This document shows positions 17,849 to 27,232 of a DNA stretch of 64,000 nucleotides, piece after piece. The translations under genes were made by a program, and so were the position numbers. How positions within the stretch are numbered: position 1 is the first letter of the stretch; each line of letters starts with the position of its first letter. The notes beneath the pieces were generated by a model. The model was not told where the DNA came from, made no database searches, and saw nothing but the letters and a program-made list of their open reading frames with translations. Origin of the DNA: Desulfosudaceae bacterium (lineage in GTDB: Bacteria; Desulfobacterota; Desulfobacteria; Desulfobacterales; Desulfosudaceae). The stretch is from assembly GCA_963674745.2 (NCBI GenBank), contig CAXXDV010000001.1, forward strand, positions 2,176,001 through 2,240,000. The letters run 5' to 3'.

Positions 17849-20797
17849 CTACATGCCGTATTCGGCCCGTTCGATCAGTTCCAGCTGCATGTCGCGATTG
17901 AGCGTTACAAAGTAGGCATTATACCCGGAAATGCGGACCAGCAGGTTCTGGTAGCTTTCCGGGTGGGCCATGGCGTCCTTGAGCGTCTCGGAAGACACCA
18001 CGTTGAATTGTATCTGCATGCCGCCCAGGTCGCTGTAGGCCTTGGCATAGGAATAAATAGTATCCACCGCCTGCTGGTGACTGTCCCCCGGGGCGGGCAC
18101 GACCTTGACGTTAAAGGCGATATTGTTGTTCATGTTGGCCGTTTCCAGGAGCGAGACATCCCGGATGTTGTCAAGGATGTTCTTGGACGCGTGCGGCTCG
18201 GGCGTCAGACCCGGAGTGAAGGCCTTGCCGGCCAGTCGGCCCGAAGGCAGGGCGCCGGTAAGCGTGCCGAAGGCCACGTGATTGGACATTGACCAGAAGC
18301 CGGCTGTGTATTTTCCGCCGCGGTAATTGGTGTGCGCCCAGAACAGGTCGTGGGCCAGTTTGGTGACCCGGTTGGCCATGGCCAGCGCCTCGGCATTGCC
18401 GGATCCGAACAGGGGGACCCGGGTTCGCGCCATGGCGGCCAGGTCCGGCCGGTCGGTAAAATCGGCCCTCACGGCCTGAAGCAGCTCCGGGAAACGGATC
18501 TTTTTTTCTTCAAAAACCAGCTTTTTGATCACCATCAGTGAGTCGGTGATATCGGCCAGGCCGATGCAGGCCGTTCCCGACGAGTTGTACAGGGCGCCGC
18601 CTTTGGTCACATCTTTGCCGCTGGTAATGGGGCCTTCGATCAGGGCCGAAATATAGGGGGTGGGCCGCAGGGCCTGGTGTGCTTCGCCCAGCAGGTTGTT
18701 GTATTCGCAGGACTGGTCGGCAAGAAACCCGAGTTGGTGTGCAAAGGCATCATAAAAGGATTCAAAGTCGGCAAAAGCGCCGGTGGTGATATCGCCGGTT
18801 TCCGGGCCCAGCTGCCATCGCATGAGCGGGTGGTAGCCGTTGTTCAAGGCCATTTCCAGGGCAGCCACCATGTTGAACATCATGCAGTTGGTGTGGCCGA
18901 TGTGCCGGCCGGACAGGGTCGGCTCCACACAGCCGGTGGCCGACCAGTCCCGTAAATGCTCTATGGGGTAATTGAATTCCGCCAGGGAGGCCATGACCGT
19001 TTCATCGTTGTGGATGGATGGCGTGGCGGTGGTGTTGAGGTTGACTTCGCACAACCGTTTTAAATAGGTATCGCTGTTCTTCTTGTGGTTGTAACGGGCA
19101 TTGACGTTGGGGTCGCGGATACAGAGTATCTCGGTGACTTTGAGGAAAATATAGGTCATATCATTGACCGCGTCTTCGCCCTCGGGCGTTACCCCGCCCA
19201 GGGTAATGGCCTGGTCCGAGGAACTGCCGCCGAACAGGTAATTGCCGATGTCCGGAATCAGGGGCAGGTGGTCGGTGCAGCGCATGTAAAAACAGCCGAT
19301 TAATTCGATGGCGTGGCGGATGTAGTCCCGGCGTTCATTTTCGGTTTCCCGTTTTTCCATATCGGCCAGAAAATAGGGCTGCAGCCACTGGTCCAGTCGT
19401 CCCAGGGAAAACCCGGCATTGGTATTTTCCATGTGCACGCCCACCCACAGGATCCACATGGCGTTGACGGCTTCGTCCAGGGTGGTACAGGGGTGCGCCG
19501 GTACCCGGGCACAGATATCGGCCAGCCGCGACAGTTCTTGTTTGCGGACCGGATCGCTTTCCTGATCGGATTCTTTTTTGGCCTGTGCCGAAAGGTTGGC
19601 GGCATAGGCGTTGATACCTTCCAGGCAGAGTTTCATGGCGGCCAGGGTGTCCTGTTTTTCCTGGTTTCCCGGGGGCGTGTTGTCAAGCTCATGATCGATC
19701 TCGGCCATGATGCCGGACGTGCCCATGGCCAGAATTTTGGGGTAGTTGATGATGCTGTGCGACAGGGCCACGGTCTTCCACAAAAAGCAGGCGGCAAAAC
19801 GCTCATCCAGTTTCTGGCACAGGGGATAGTCTTTGTTGTCCCTGACCCATTCCCTGAAATTGCGATGCAGCCAGAAAGGAAAGACCTTGCGGTGCAGGAT
19901 TTCGACCGTTTCCGGATCCACGTCATAGGGGTTGAGCGGCCGAAACGGCGCGGTAATCAGTTCGCCCCAGATCATGGTGCCGTGGGCGTCGGGATAAATG
20001 ACCACCCCCACTTCCCGGGCGGTGGTCGTGCCGGCCACCAGATCGTTTTTACGGATGATGGGTTTACGGTTTTCCATCAGGTATTTAAATGCCCGGGCCT
20101 GACGCAGCTCGGCCGCAACCGGCCGGCTTGATCTATCGGTTTCAAATCCGTTTTCCCGATACCATTCGGTCAGCAGCAGAGGCCGTTCATGACAGATGGC
20201 GGCCCGCTCGGTCAGGTGAATATTGAGGAATGCCGAAAGACGCGGAAAGTCCTCCAGGCTGTATCCGGACAGATAGGCGTCTTCCAGAAAGCGCACGCCC
20301 GGATCTTTGATATCGGCCGACAGCAGCATGGTTTTTTTGGCCTTGAGGCTGTTTTGGGCTGCCTGGTCGCGGTCATAATCCCTGTTCTGGCGGCGGGTTT
20401 CTTTTTTGAGCTTGCTGATCTGGGGCCCTTTGAGCAGCAAAGAGAGGTAGAAGTTGAAAAGCTGGAGGTAACCCAGATTGCCGCGGGTAACCATACGGTT
20501 TTCCATCAGGGTCAGCATCAGCTCATTGGGCGGTCGCGTGGCGGCTTCTTTTAAAACGCTTTCATCGGTGAATATGAGCTGGGCGTCAAGTAGCTCCGGC
20601 CATTTTTTCAAAACCCGGACCCGGTTGTTTTCAACACGCAGGGCCTGGCGGACGCTGTTGCTTTCCGTGCGAATGCCGAATGTAAAGCCAAACGGTCCGA
20701 AATCGGAACTCAGGTGCCGGTTCAGCGATGGGCGGTGGTTGAAATTGAAGGCAAAAAACCGGAAAAACAGGTTGGCCAGAATGTTGGTGGTATTCAT
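17849..20797 (-). CDS. Glycyl radical enzyme (PFL2/eliminase-like) with ~150-170 aa N-terminal extension, SCP2-like
   Basis: Cys loop TGCVEP; Gly loop LVRISGYNAYF; SLGRLDQ; QIQFNVV; 982 aa. Confidence 0.9.
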   Translation of the reverse strand: MNTTNILANLFFRFFAFNFNHRPSLNRHLSSDFGPFGFTFGIRTESNSVRQALRVENNRVRVLKKWPELLDAQLIFTDESVLKEAATRPPNELMLTLMENRMVTRGNLGYLQLFNFYLSLLLKGPQISKLKKETRRQNRDYDRDQAAQNSLKAKKTMLLSADIKDPGVRFLEDAYLSGYSLEDFPRLSAFLNIHLTERAAICHERPLLLTEWYRENGFETDRSSRPVAAELRQARAFKYLMENRKPIIRKNDLVAGTTTAREVGVVIYPDAHGTMIWGELITAPFRPLNPYDVDPETVEILHRKVFPFWLHRNFREWVRDNKDYPLCQKLDERFAACFLWKTVALSHSIINYPKILAMGTSGIMAEIDHELDNTPPGNQEKQDTLAAMKLCLEGINAYAANLSAQAKKESDQESDPVRKQELSRLADICARVPAHPCTTLDEAVNAMWILWVGVHMENTNAGFSLGRLDQWLQPYFLADMEKRETENERRDYIRHAIELIGCFYMRCTDHLPLIPDIGNYLFGGSSSDQAITLGGVTPEGEDAVNDMTYIFLKVTEILCIRDPNVNARYNHKKNSDTYLKRLCEVNLNTTATPSIHNDETVMASLAEFNYPIEHLRDWSATGCVEPTLSGRHIGHTNCMMFNMVAALEMALNNGYHPLMRWQLGPETGDITTGAFADFESFYDAFAHQLGFLADQSCEYNNLLGEAHQALRPTPYISALIEGPITSGKDVTKGGALYNSSGTACIGLADITDSLMVIKKLVFEEKKIRFPELLQAVRADFTDRPDLAAMARTRVPLFGSGNAEALAMANRVTKLAHDLFWAHTNYRGGKYTAGFWSMSNHVAFGTLTGALPSGRLAGKAFTPGLTPEPHASKNILDNIRDVSLLETANMNNNIAFNVKVVPAPGDSHQQAVDTIYSYAKAYSDLGGMQIQFNVVSSETLKDAMAHPESYQNLLVRISGYNAYFVTLNRDMQLELIERAEYGM

Positions 20798-20920
20798 AAA
20801 ACGTCCTCTTTTATGCGATGTTTTGAAAAGGTATTCGATCGCGTCGTGGTTTTTTTTGGGTAAGCGCTCACAAGCAACCGTTTCATTGACATAAAGCCAT
20901 GCGTCATATCGCTATATCCG

Positions 20921-21607
20921 TTATCCCGGCATGATGGCTGCCAGGGGGTCGCCCTGGTCAAGACGCTGCCGGATCTGTAATATTTCGTTGCTGATTTCCT
21001 GCAAACGGGTGTCGACAAAAATATCCGCCTCGTTGGTGACCTCGTGAAACAGGCGGCTGTTATACAGTGTGATCAGGCCGTGCAGGTCAGACCAGTATTT
21101 GATCAGCATGTACTGGATGCCTTTCATGCCCTCGATGTTGTCAATGCCCAGGTAGTCGATGACCGGCTGCGCAAACTGGTCCAGACATTTCAAGGCGGTC
21201 TGTTTTTCAAAGTGGGCGGTGGCTTCTATCTCCGTACCCACGTAGTCCAGGTATTTGGGGGTGTTCAGGTTAAACATGAGATCATAATAGCCGGGATAGG
21301 TCAGCCCGAATTCGACATAGGCCCGGATCATACCTGAAAATTGCGCTTCGATATGATCGGATTTATCATATTGGGTCTTGAGCATGTCGTACAGTGTTTC
21401 AAATCCCCGTACCCGGATCATCAGGTTCAATTCGTCTTTACTGGAATAATAATTGTAGATGGTCGTAGCCGTGACGCCGAGTCTGGATGCTATTTTGCGA
21501 ATGCTCAGGTTGTCAAAGCCCTGTTTTAAGATAATATCCAGGGCGATATCCAGTATCCGGTTCCGGAATTTTTCAACTTCGGCTTTGGGCATGGGGGCTT
21601 TGGGCAT
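20921..21607 (-). CDS. TetR/AcrR family transcriptional regulator
   Basis: ILDIALDII..QGFDNLSIRKIASRLGVTATTIYNYYSSKDEL. Confidence 0.95.
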   Translation of the reverse strand: MPKAPMPKAEVEKFRNRILDIALDIILKQGFDNLSIRKIASRLGVTATTIYNYYSSKDELNLMIRVRGFETLYDMLKTQYDKSDHIEAQFSGMIRAYVEFGLTYPGYYDLMFNLNTPKYLDYVGTEIEATAHFEKQTALKCLDQFAQPVIDYLGIDNIEGMKGIQYMLIKYWSDLHGLITLYNSRLFHEVTNEADIFVDTRLQEISNEILQIRQRLDQGDPLAAIMPG

Positions 21608-21626
21608 AAGTTCTACCAGGTTTGTT

Positions 21627-21668
21627 AAAATAACACCGTTATCTTAACGCTGTTATTTTTAAAGTCAA
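21627..21668 (-). promoter_or_regulatory. Palindromic operator overlapping a putative sigma70 promoter of tetR
   Basis: AAAATAACACCGTTATCTTAACGCTGTTATTTT (two TAAC-N3-GTTA boxes); TTGACT (21663-21668) and TAAGAT (21641-21646) on the minus strand. Confidence 0.6.
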
Positions 21669-21788
21669 GAAAATTCTGATATGGTATGTCATGTTTTAAC
21701 TTTTGGTGATTGTAAATGGACCGGCACCATCATAAAATGTGATAACATTTTGTTTGGTAAATCATGAAGTATAAAAAGGAGCCTATTT

Positions 21789-22436
21789 ATGCGTAAATTT
21801 GTTTTGATGGCATTCTGCATGGTTTTAATCGGGCAGATCTGTTTTGCGGCTGATACCCTCGTCCTTGAGAAAGCCAGGGAGTTGATCTCCAGGCAGCAGT
21901 ATGACCTGGCCATTGCGATTCTGCAAAATTATATCCCGGAAAACCCGAATTATGCCGAAGGTTATCTTTTGATGGCACAGGCATATCACTGGAAAAAAGA
22001 GCTGTATAAATCCAAGGCGTTTTATACCCAGGCAGCCGCCCTTAATAATCAGTACCGGTTAGCAATCGTCCCTTTGCTTGATGAATTAAAAGATTGGGAA
22101 GGGATCATCGACATTGTTGAACCGGAAATGCGCACCGGTAACAAGCTGGAGCCTTCCGCTCTGGGCGCCCTGGCCACTTCCTACCGCCAACTCGAACAAA
22201 AGAAAAAAGCAGCTGAAATAGTAGAGAAATTAAGCGAAACAACTTATGCGGACCAGGATGACGAAGATTATAAAAATTATATCCTGGCCTATGCCCGCCT
22301 GTGGGATGGAGATAAAGACGGCGCCAAAGCAAAATTGAAGCTGATTAAAAACAGCGCTTACCGTCAGTACGCCCGGACGCATGAAAAGTTCAGCGTGCTG
22401 TTCCAGGATCCGGAGTTTTTGGAAATTACGCGGTGA
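21789..22436 (+). CDS. Exported TPR-repeat protein
   Basis: Signal peptide; AIAILQNY..ENPNYAEGYLLMAQAY TPR-like pattern. Confidence 0.7.
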   Translation: MRKFVLMAFCMVLIGQICFAADTLVLEKARELISRQQYDLAIAILQNYIPENPNYAEGYLLMAQAYHWKKELYKSKAFYTQAAALNNQYRLAIVPLLDELKDWEGIIDIVEPEMRTGNKLEPSALGALATSYRQLEQKKKAAEIVEKLSETTYADQDDEDYKNYILAYARLWDGDKDGAKAKLKLIKNSAYRQYARTHEKFSVLFQDPEFLEITR

Positions 22437-22458
22437 CGTTCAAAAAGCAGGTTATGTC

Positions 22459-23238
22459 ATGACGCTTTCCTCGTCGGAGATAGCGGAACTCAGCGCGGCC
22501 GCCAGGGTCCTTGAAAAACCGGGCTTGGCCGCTAAGATCGGTGATGTTTTCGGCGCTCCCATTGAAAAGGGCTTTGCCCTGCTGCCCCAAAAGTGGGAAC
22601 TGGTGGTTAATGAGGCCGCCAGAAAATCAATCGAAAAAGCGCTCGATGTGGCCTTGTGGACCATGGATCACGACCGGCCCGAGCCGCCGTCAAACCGGTG
22701 GCATAAGCTGGCGGTTGGAACGGCCGGAGCGGCCGGCGGGGCCTTCGGCTTGGCCTCGCTTTCCATTGAACTGCCGGTCTCGACCACAATTATGCTTCGG
22801 TCAATCGCGGATATTGCCCGGAGCCAGGGCGAAGACTTGAGATCACCGGAAGCCAGACTCCAGTGCGTTCAGGTCCTGGCACTCGGGGGCCGTTCCCAAA
22901 ACGATGATGCCGCCGAAACCGGATACTTCGCTGCCCGGGCGGCAATGGCCAGTGCTGTTTCCGAGGCCGCTCAGCATCTGGCACAGAAAGGGTTTACCGG
23001 TAAAGGGGCGCCGGCAATTGTCCGGCTTATTTCGCAGATCGCCTCACGCTTTTCCATCGTCGTTTCCGAGAAAATGGCCGCCCAGGCGGTGCCGCTGGTC
23101 GGTGCCTTTAGCGGGGCAATGATCAATACCATCTTTATCGATCATTTCCAGAACATGGGCAAAGGGCACTTTACCATCCGCCGGCTGGAGCGCTTTCATG
23201 GGCCGGAGGAAGTCAGGCGGGCTTACGCGTCTTTATAA
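22459..23238 (+). CDS. EcsC family protein
   Basis: ELPVSTTIMLRSIADIARSQGED; AAQAVPLVGA..GA.IN..F..HFQ..GHFTIRRLER. Confidence 0.85.
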   Translation: MTLSSSEIAELSAAARVLEKPGLAAKIGDVFGAPIEKGFALLPQKWELVVNEAARKSIEKALDVALWTMDHDRPEPPSNRWHKLAVGTAGAAGGAFGLASLSIELPVSTTIMLRSIADIARSQGEDLRSPEARLQCVQVLALGGRSQNDDAAETGYFAARAAMASAVSEAAQHLAQKGFTGKGAPAIVRLISQIASRFSIVVSEKMAAQAVPLVGAFSGAMINTIFIDHFQNMGKGHFTIRRLERFHGPEEVRRAYASL

Positions 23239-23268
23239 GCGTTAGCCCGGATAACCCTGGGAATTGAA

Positions 23269-23304
23269 AGGGCCCCCCCTGTGGGCGCCCACAGGGGGGG
23301 CCCT
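23269..23304. repeat. Perfect 36-bp GC-rich palindrome with no spacer
   Basis: AGGGCCCCCCCTGTGGGC|GCCCACAGGGGGGGCCCT. Confidence 0.9.
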
Positions 23305-23391
23305 ACTTGCGACAATTTGTATCCTATAAATAAATTCATCTGTGTCGAAAAATTTCATGAAATATCCGGTTCGGGGGTGAAGGGCGACAGA

Positions 23392-24204
23392 ATGAAGGTG
23401 ACAGTTCAGGGGATAGACGTGTTTGTGCGAGAGGCCGGAGAGGGGCCGTCGGTTCTGTTTCTGCATGGCAACCCGGACAGCGCCGATATCTGGGATGACG
23501 TTATCAAGCGTTTGGAAAAGCATTTCCGGTGCTTTGCCCCGGATCTCCCGGGTTTCGGACGATCCGGACCGGGGTCTGATTTCGATTGTGGATTTTCCAG
23601 TTTGGGGAAATTTACCGGTGAACTGGTGGCGGCCCTGGGGCTAGGCGATAAAATTTTTCTGGTGGCCCATGATTTTGGCGGTGCGTTTGCCATGGCCTGG
23701 GCCGCCGTGGAGCCGCAACGGGTCAAGCGGATGGCCGTTATCAACCACCCGTTTTTTGTGGGGGGATATTCCTGGCATTTTCTGGCCAGGGTCTGGCGGA
23801 CACCCTGGCTGGGTGAGTTGAGCACATGGTTCATGGACTGGCGCCTTTTTTTTTATATTGTATTGAAGCTCGGCTCGAAAAAACTGTCAGGAGAAAAGAT
23901 TCGGTCCGCCAGGGCGCAGGTGACCCCGGCCATGAAGAAAATGGTTTTGAAGTTATACCGGGCCGCGAATGCGGAAGATTTTCAGAGATGGCAGCCGGCC
24001 ATGCGCCGGGCAACCGCGTTGATCCCCACGCTTGTGCTCTGGGGAAGGCATGACCCGTTTATACCTTCATGGGTGGCCGATACATTCGGTGCAGATACGG
24101 TCCGTCGTTTCGAGACCTCAGGCCACTGGCTGCCGGCTGAAGCCCCCGAGGCGGTAGCGGACGAACTGCTGCGGTTTTTTTCCGAACCGGACATGAAAGG
24201 CTAA
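23392..24204 (+). CDS. Alpha/beta hydrolase (epoxide hydrolase/haloalkane dehalogenase-like)
   Basis: LHGNPD, APDLPGFG, AHDFGG (Asp nucleophile), GHW. Confidence 0.9.
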   Translation: MKVTVQGIDVFVREAGEGPSVLFLHGNPDSADIWDDVIKRLEKHFRCFAPDLPGFGRSGPGSDFDCGFSSLGKFTGELVAALGLGDKIFLVAHDFGGAFAMAWAAVEPQRVKRMAVINHPFFVGGYSWHFLARVWRTPWLGELSTWFMDWRLFFYIVLKLGSKKLSGEKIRSARAQVTPAMKKMVLKLYRAANAEDFQRWQPAMRRATALIPTLVLWGRHDPFIPSWVADTFGADTVRRFETSGHWLPAEAPEAVADELLRFFSEPDMKG

Positions 24205-24280
24205 CCCGGATATTTTATGGAATATCCGGGTTAAGGGGAAGATATGAGCATTTCATCCATTAGAAGAAAAGCGATATAAA

Positions 24281-24311
24281 AAACCCGGCATCAGAAACTG
24301 ATGACGGGTTT
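24281..24311. terminator. Putative bidirectional intrinsic terminator
   Basis: AAACCCGGCATCAG-AAA-CTGATGACGGGTTT between convergent genes. Confidence 0.6.
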
Positions 24312-24375
24312 CTTTGTTATGACGCGCTTTTCAAAAAGTCACTGTTTGTAGCTGGTAATGAATCAATGCCGGCTG

Positions 24376-24741
24376 TTAATGGCCACCGCACTGATGATCG
24401 CCATCATGACCACCGGCGCAGGCATTGTCACCGGTCACCAGATTTTTATCAAGAAAGCGTTTAACCAGGGCTTCGGGCTCTTCCACCGGCGCACCGGTAA
24501 CGACTTCAATGCCGGCCTGGTTAAACAGGTCGATGGCCCGATGCCCCATGCCGCCGGCGATGACCACGTTCGCACCCTGGTCGTGCAGCCATTTTGGCAG
24601 CACACCGGGTTCATGGGGGGGCGGCAGAAGCACTTCTTTGCCGACGATCTGATTGTCTTCGACATTAATGATGGCAAATTCCTGGCAATGACCGAAGTGA
24701 AGGGTGAGTTTACCACCTGCCATTGGTATTGCAAATTTCAT
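24376..24741 (-). CDS. NifB/NifX-family (dinitrogenase FeMo-cofactor biosynthesis domain) protein
   Basis: HFGHCQEF, PPPHEPGVLP, AGGMG, C-terminal NAC. Confidence 0.9.
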   Translation of the reverse strand: MKFAIPMAGGKLTLHFGHCQEFAIINVEDNQIVGKEVLLPPPHEPGVLPKWLHDQGANVVIAGGMGHRAIDLFNQAGIEVVTGAPVEEPEALVKRFLDKNLVTGDNACAGGHDGDHQCGGH

Positions 24742-24774
24742 AACCGATTCTCCATTTCTGACTGTTAACGTAAT

Positions 24775-25647
24775 TTAATTATTCTTTAAATTCATAAGTT
24801 CACCGATTTTTTTCCAAACCGACCGTATCGCTTCGGCGGCTGCACCGCTTGAAAAACCCACCAAAGGTTTCTGGGCGACCATGGCGGCGGTCATGTCCTT
24901 ATCATATGGAATAGCGCCGACATATGCCATATTTTTTTTCCGGGCATAGGCAATAATGGTATCCGACATTTCCGGGTTGATATCGTACTTATTAATGCAG
25001 GCCATGGCCGGTACCCTTAAAAAAGCGGCCAGTTCATTGACCCGTTTTAAATCGTGCAGACCGGACATGGTTGGTTCTGAAATGACCAGCACCGCACTGG
25101 CCCCGGTAACGGAAGAAATCACCGGGCAGCCGATCCCGGGCGGGCCATCCAGGATGATCAAATCATGCCCCTGTTGTTCGGCCAGATCTTTGGCTTCTTT
25201 CCGGAGCAGGCTTACCAGCAGCCCGGAGTTTTCTTCCGCGATGCCGAGCCGGGCATGGACCATGGGCCCGTAGTCGGTGTCGGACACAAACCACTGTCCG
25301 CACACCTGTCGGGGGAAGTCAATGGCTTTGACAGGACAGAAATAGACACAAACACCGCAACCTTCGCAGGAAATCTTATTCACCACAAAGTCTTCGCTGA
25401 TGGCATCAAAACGGCAACGCTCACGGCATTCGCCGCACTGCGTGCATCGGTCGGGATCGATTACAGCGATCCGTCCCCCTTTGAATTCTTCACGCCTTTT
25501 AATGTCCGGAGGAAGAACCAGATGCAGGTCGGCTGCGTCCACATCGGCATCAACGATGACCTTGTTTTTTGCCAGGAACGCGAAAGACGCTGTAATGCTG
25601 GTTTTTCCCGTTCCACCCTTGCCGCTTATAATGGTCAGTTCTTTCAT
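24775..25647 (-). CDS. MinD-superfamily P-loop ATPase with inserted ferredoxin domain (COG1149)
   Basis: SGKGGTGKT, DADVDAADL, two 4Fe-4S motifs, ENSG.LV, DGPPGIGCP. Confidence 0.92.
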   Translation of the reverse strand: MKELTIISGKGGTGKTSITASFAFLAKNKVIVDADVDAADLHLVLPPDIKRREEFKGGRIAVIDPDRCTQCGECRERCRFDAISEDFVVNKISCEGCGVCVYFCPVKAIDFPRQVCGQWFVSDTDYGPMVHARLGIAEENSGLLVSLLRKEAKDLAEQQGHDLIILDGPPGIGCPVISSVTGASAVLVISEPTMSGLHDLKRVNELAAFLRVPAMACINKYDINPEMSDTIIAYARKKNMAYVGAIPYDKDMTAAMVAQKPLVGFSSGAAAEAIRSVWKKIGELMNLKNN

Positions 25648-25659
25648 GAACGCTCTCGA

Positions 25660-26496
25660 TTATCCGATTGTCTGTTCAATGTCAGTCATGAGCTGCCTGA
25701 ATTGTTGTTTGATTTCAGGAATGGCCTGACTCATCAGGATCCCCCGGGAATAGTTTTCCGCGATGTCCCGCCGGTCAGGGATTTTCATTAATACGGGAAT
25801 GCCCTCGCGTTCGGCGTATTTCTCAGTTTCATCGGTCCCGGCATCGCACCGGTTGATGACGATGCCAAAGGGCAGCCCCATGAGGCGCGCGGCTTCCACG
25901 GCCAGTTTCAGGTCATTTAAACCGAACGGCGTCGGCTCCGTAACCAGCAAAACAAAATCAGAACCGGTCATGGCGGTGATGACCGGGCAGGAGGTCCCGG
26001 GCGGCGCGTCAATAATATTGATCATATGATCGTCGATCTTTTCCTTTACGCGGTCGATCAGCGGCGGTGACATGGCTTCCCCTACCCGCAGGCTGCCGTA
26101 AACCAGTTCAACGTTGCCGTTGGTTCCAATGATCAATTCACCCAGCTCCCGGCTTCCGGCGGAAATGGCTTTTTCCGGGCAGGCCATCAGGCAGCCTTCA
26201 CAACTGTGACACATTTCCGGGAATGTCAGCACGGCCTTGCCCATCTGGACAATAGCGGAAAACTGGCATATCTCGTCGCAGGCGCCGCAGCTGTTACAGC
26301 GGTCCAGATCCACTTCGGGGACCATCGTTGTTACGGTGGTCCGCTTTTCATTCTCAGGTTTTAAGAAAATATGCGCGTTAGGCTCTTCAACGTCACAATC
26401 GAGCAGCCTGACCGGTGTCTCAAGCGATATGGCCAGGTTCGTGGCCACCGTGGTTTTTCCGGTTCCGCCTTTGCCTGATGCTATGGTGATAATCAT
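25660..26496 (-). CDS. MinD-superfamily P-loop ATPase with ferredoxin domain (COG1149, second paralog)
   Basis: SGKGGTGKT, DCDVEEPN, 4Fe-4S motifs, DAPPGTSCP, EPTPFGLNDL. Confidence 0.92.
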   Translation of the reverse strand: MIITIASGKGGTGKTTVATNLAISLETPVRLLDCDVEEPNAHIFLKPENEKRTTVTTMVPEVDLDRCNSCGACDEICQFSAIVQMGKAVLTFPEMCHSCEGCLMACPEKAISAGSRELGELIIGTNGNVELVYGSLRVGEAMSPPLIDRVKEKIDDHMINIIDAPPGTSCPVITAMTGSDFVLLVTEPTPFGLNDLKLAVEAARLMGLPFGIVINRCDAGTDETEKYAEREGIPVLMKIPDRRDIAENYSRGILMSQAIPEIKQQFRQLMTDIEQTIG

Positions 26497-26525
26497 TGAT
26501 CAGTTCCTAACAGTATGCGATACAA

Positions 26526-27161
26526 TTATTTTTTTTCGTCCAGTTCTTTAATTCTTTCTTCAACAGCCACCATCTGCTGTCTTAAATAAGCGGCCTGTTC
26601 TTTTAAGTCGGTCAGGGTTTCTGCCCTTGAAATTTCCGGTCCTGGTGACGGCGGCATTACGCCGGTCATGCCACGACCGCCGCCCATGCCCCGACCACCC
26701 CCACCGCCCATGCCGCGGCCACCGCCCATGCCGCGGCCGCAACCACCACCGCCCATGCCACGACCACCACCCATTGACCCCGGCATCTGTTGTGCAGCAG
26801 TCGGCGCCGGGCCTGATGTCCCGGCTGTTGCCGATGGCGCGGAACCGCCATGCTGCTTAAACGCTTCCAGCGCGTCTTTAACGGCTCCCGCATATCCGGT
26901 GAATACATTGATGCCGGCCGCTTCAAAAACCTGTGACGCTTTTGGGCCGCAATTGCCGGTCAAAACGGCCTGGACATCCTGATCCGCCAGAAATCCGGCG
27001 GCCTGAATCCCGGCGCCGCTGGACAATTCGGCATTGGCGTTGGCAAAAGCCTTGTAGCCCATATCGCTGGTATCCACAACAATAAAAAAAGGACACCGTC
27101 CGAATCGGGAATCGACTTCAGACTCTAAACGGTCTCCGGTTGAACTGATGGCTATTTTCAT
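26526..27161 (-). CDS. NifB/NifX-family protein with Gly/Arg/Met-rich tail and coiled coil
   Basis: DSRFGRCPFF, GAGIQAA, TGNCGPKA; GGGRGM repeats. Confidence 0.88.
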   Translation of the reverse strand: MKIAISSTGDRLESEVDSRFGRCPFFIVVDTSDMGYKAFANANAELSSGAGIQAAGFLADQDVQAVLTGNCGPKASQVFEAAGINVFTGYAGAVKDALEAFKQHGGSAPSATAGTSGPAPTAAQQMPGSMGGGRGMGGGGCGRGMGGGRGMGGGGGRGMGGGRGMTGVMPPSPGPEISRAETLTDLKEQAAYLRQQMVAVEERIKELDEKK

Positions 27162-27232
27162 TTCACACTCCTTGATTGTATTTTTTGATGTTTTATTTAT
27201 GATGAAAACGAATATTCAAAGAAAAAACCTGA

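Noticed and set aside
17849..20797. Pyruvate formate-lyase or alkyl/benzylsuccinate synthase call
   Set aside because: Single-Cys GCVE loop rather than the PFL CC pair; no small beta/gamma subunit genes adjacent
24376..27161. Nitrogen fixation cluster
   Set aside because: NifB/NifX-domain proteins here sit with COG1149 ATPases; no nifHDK in the window
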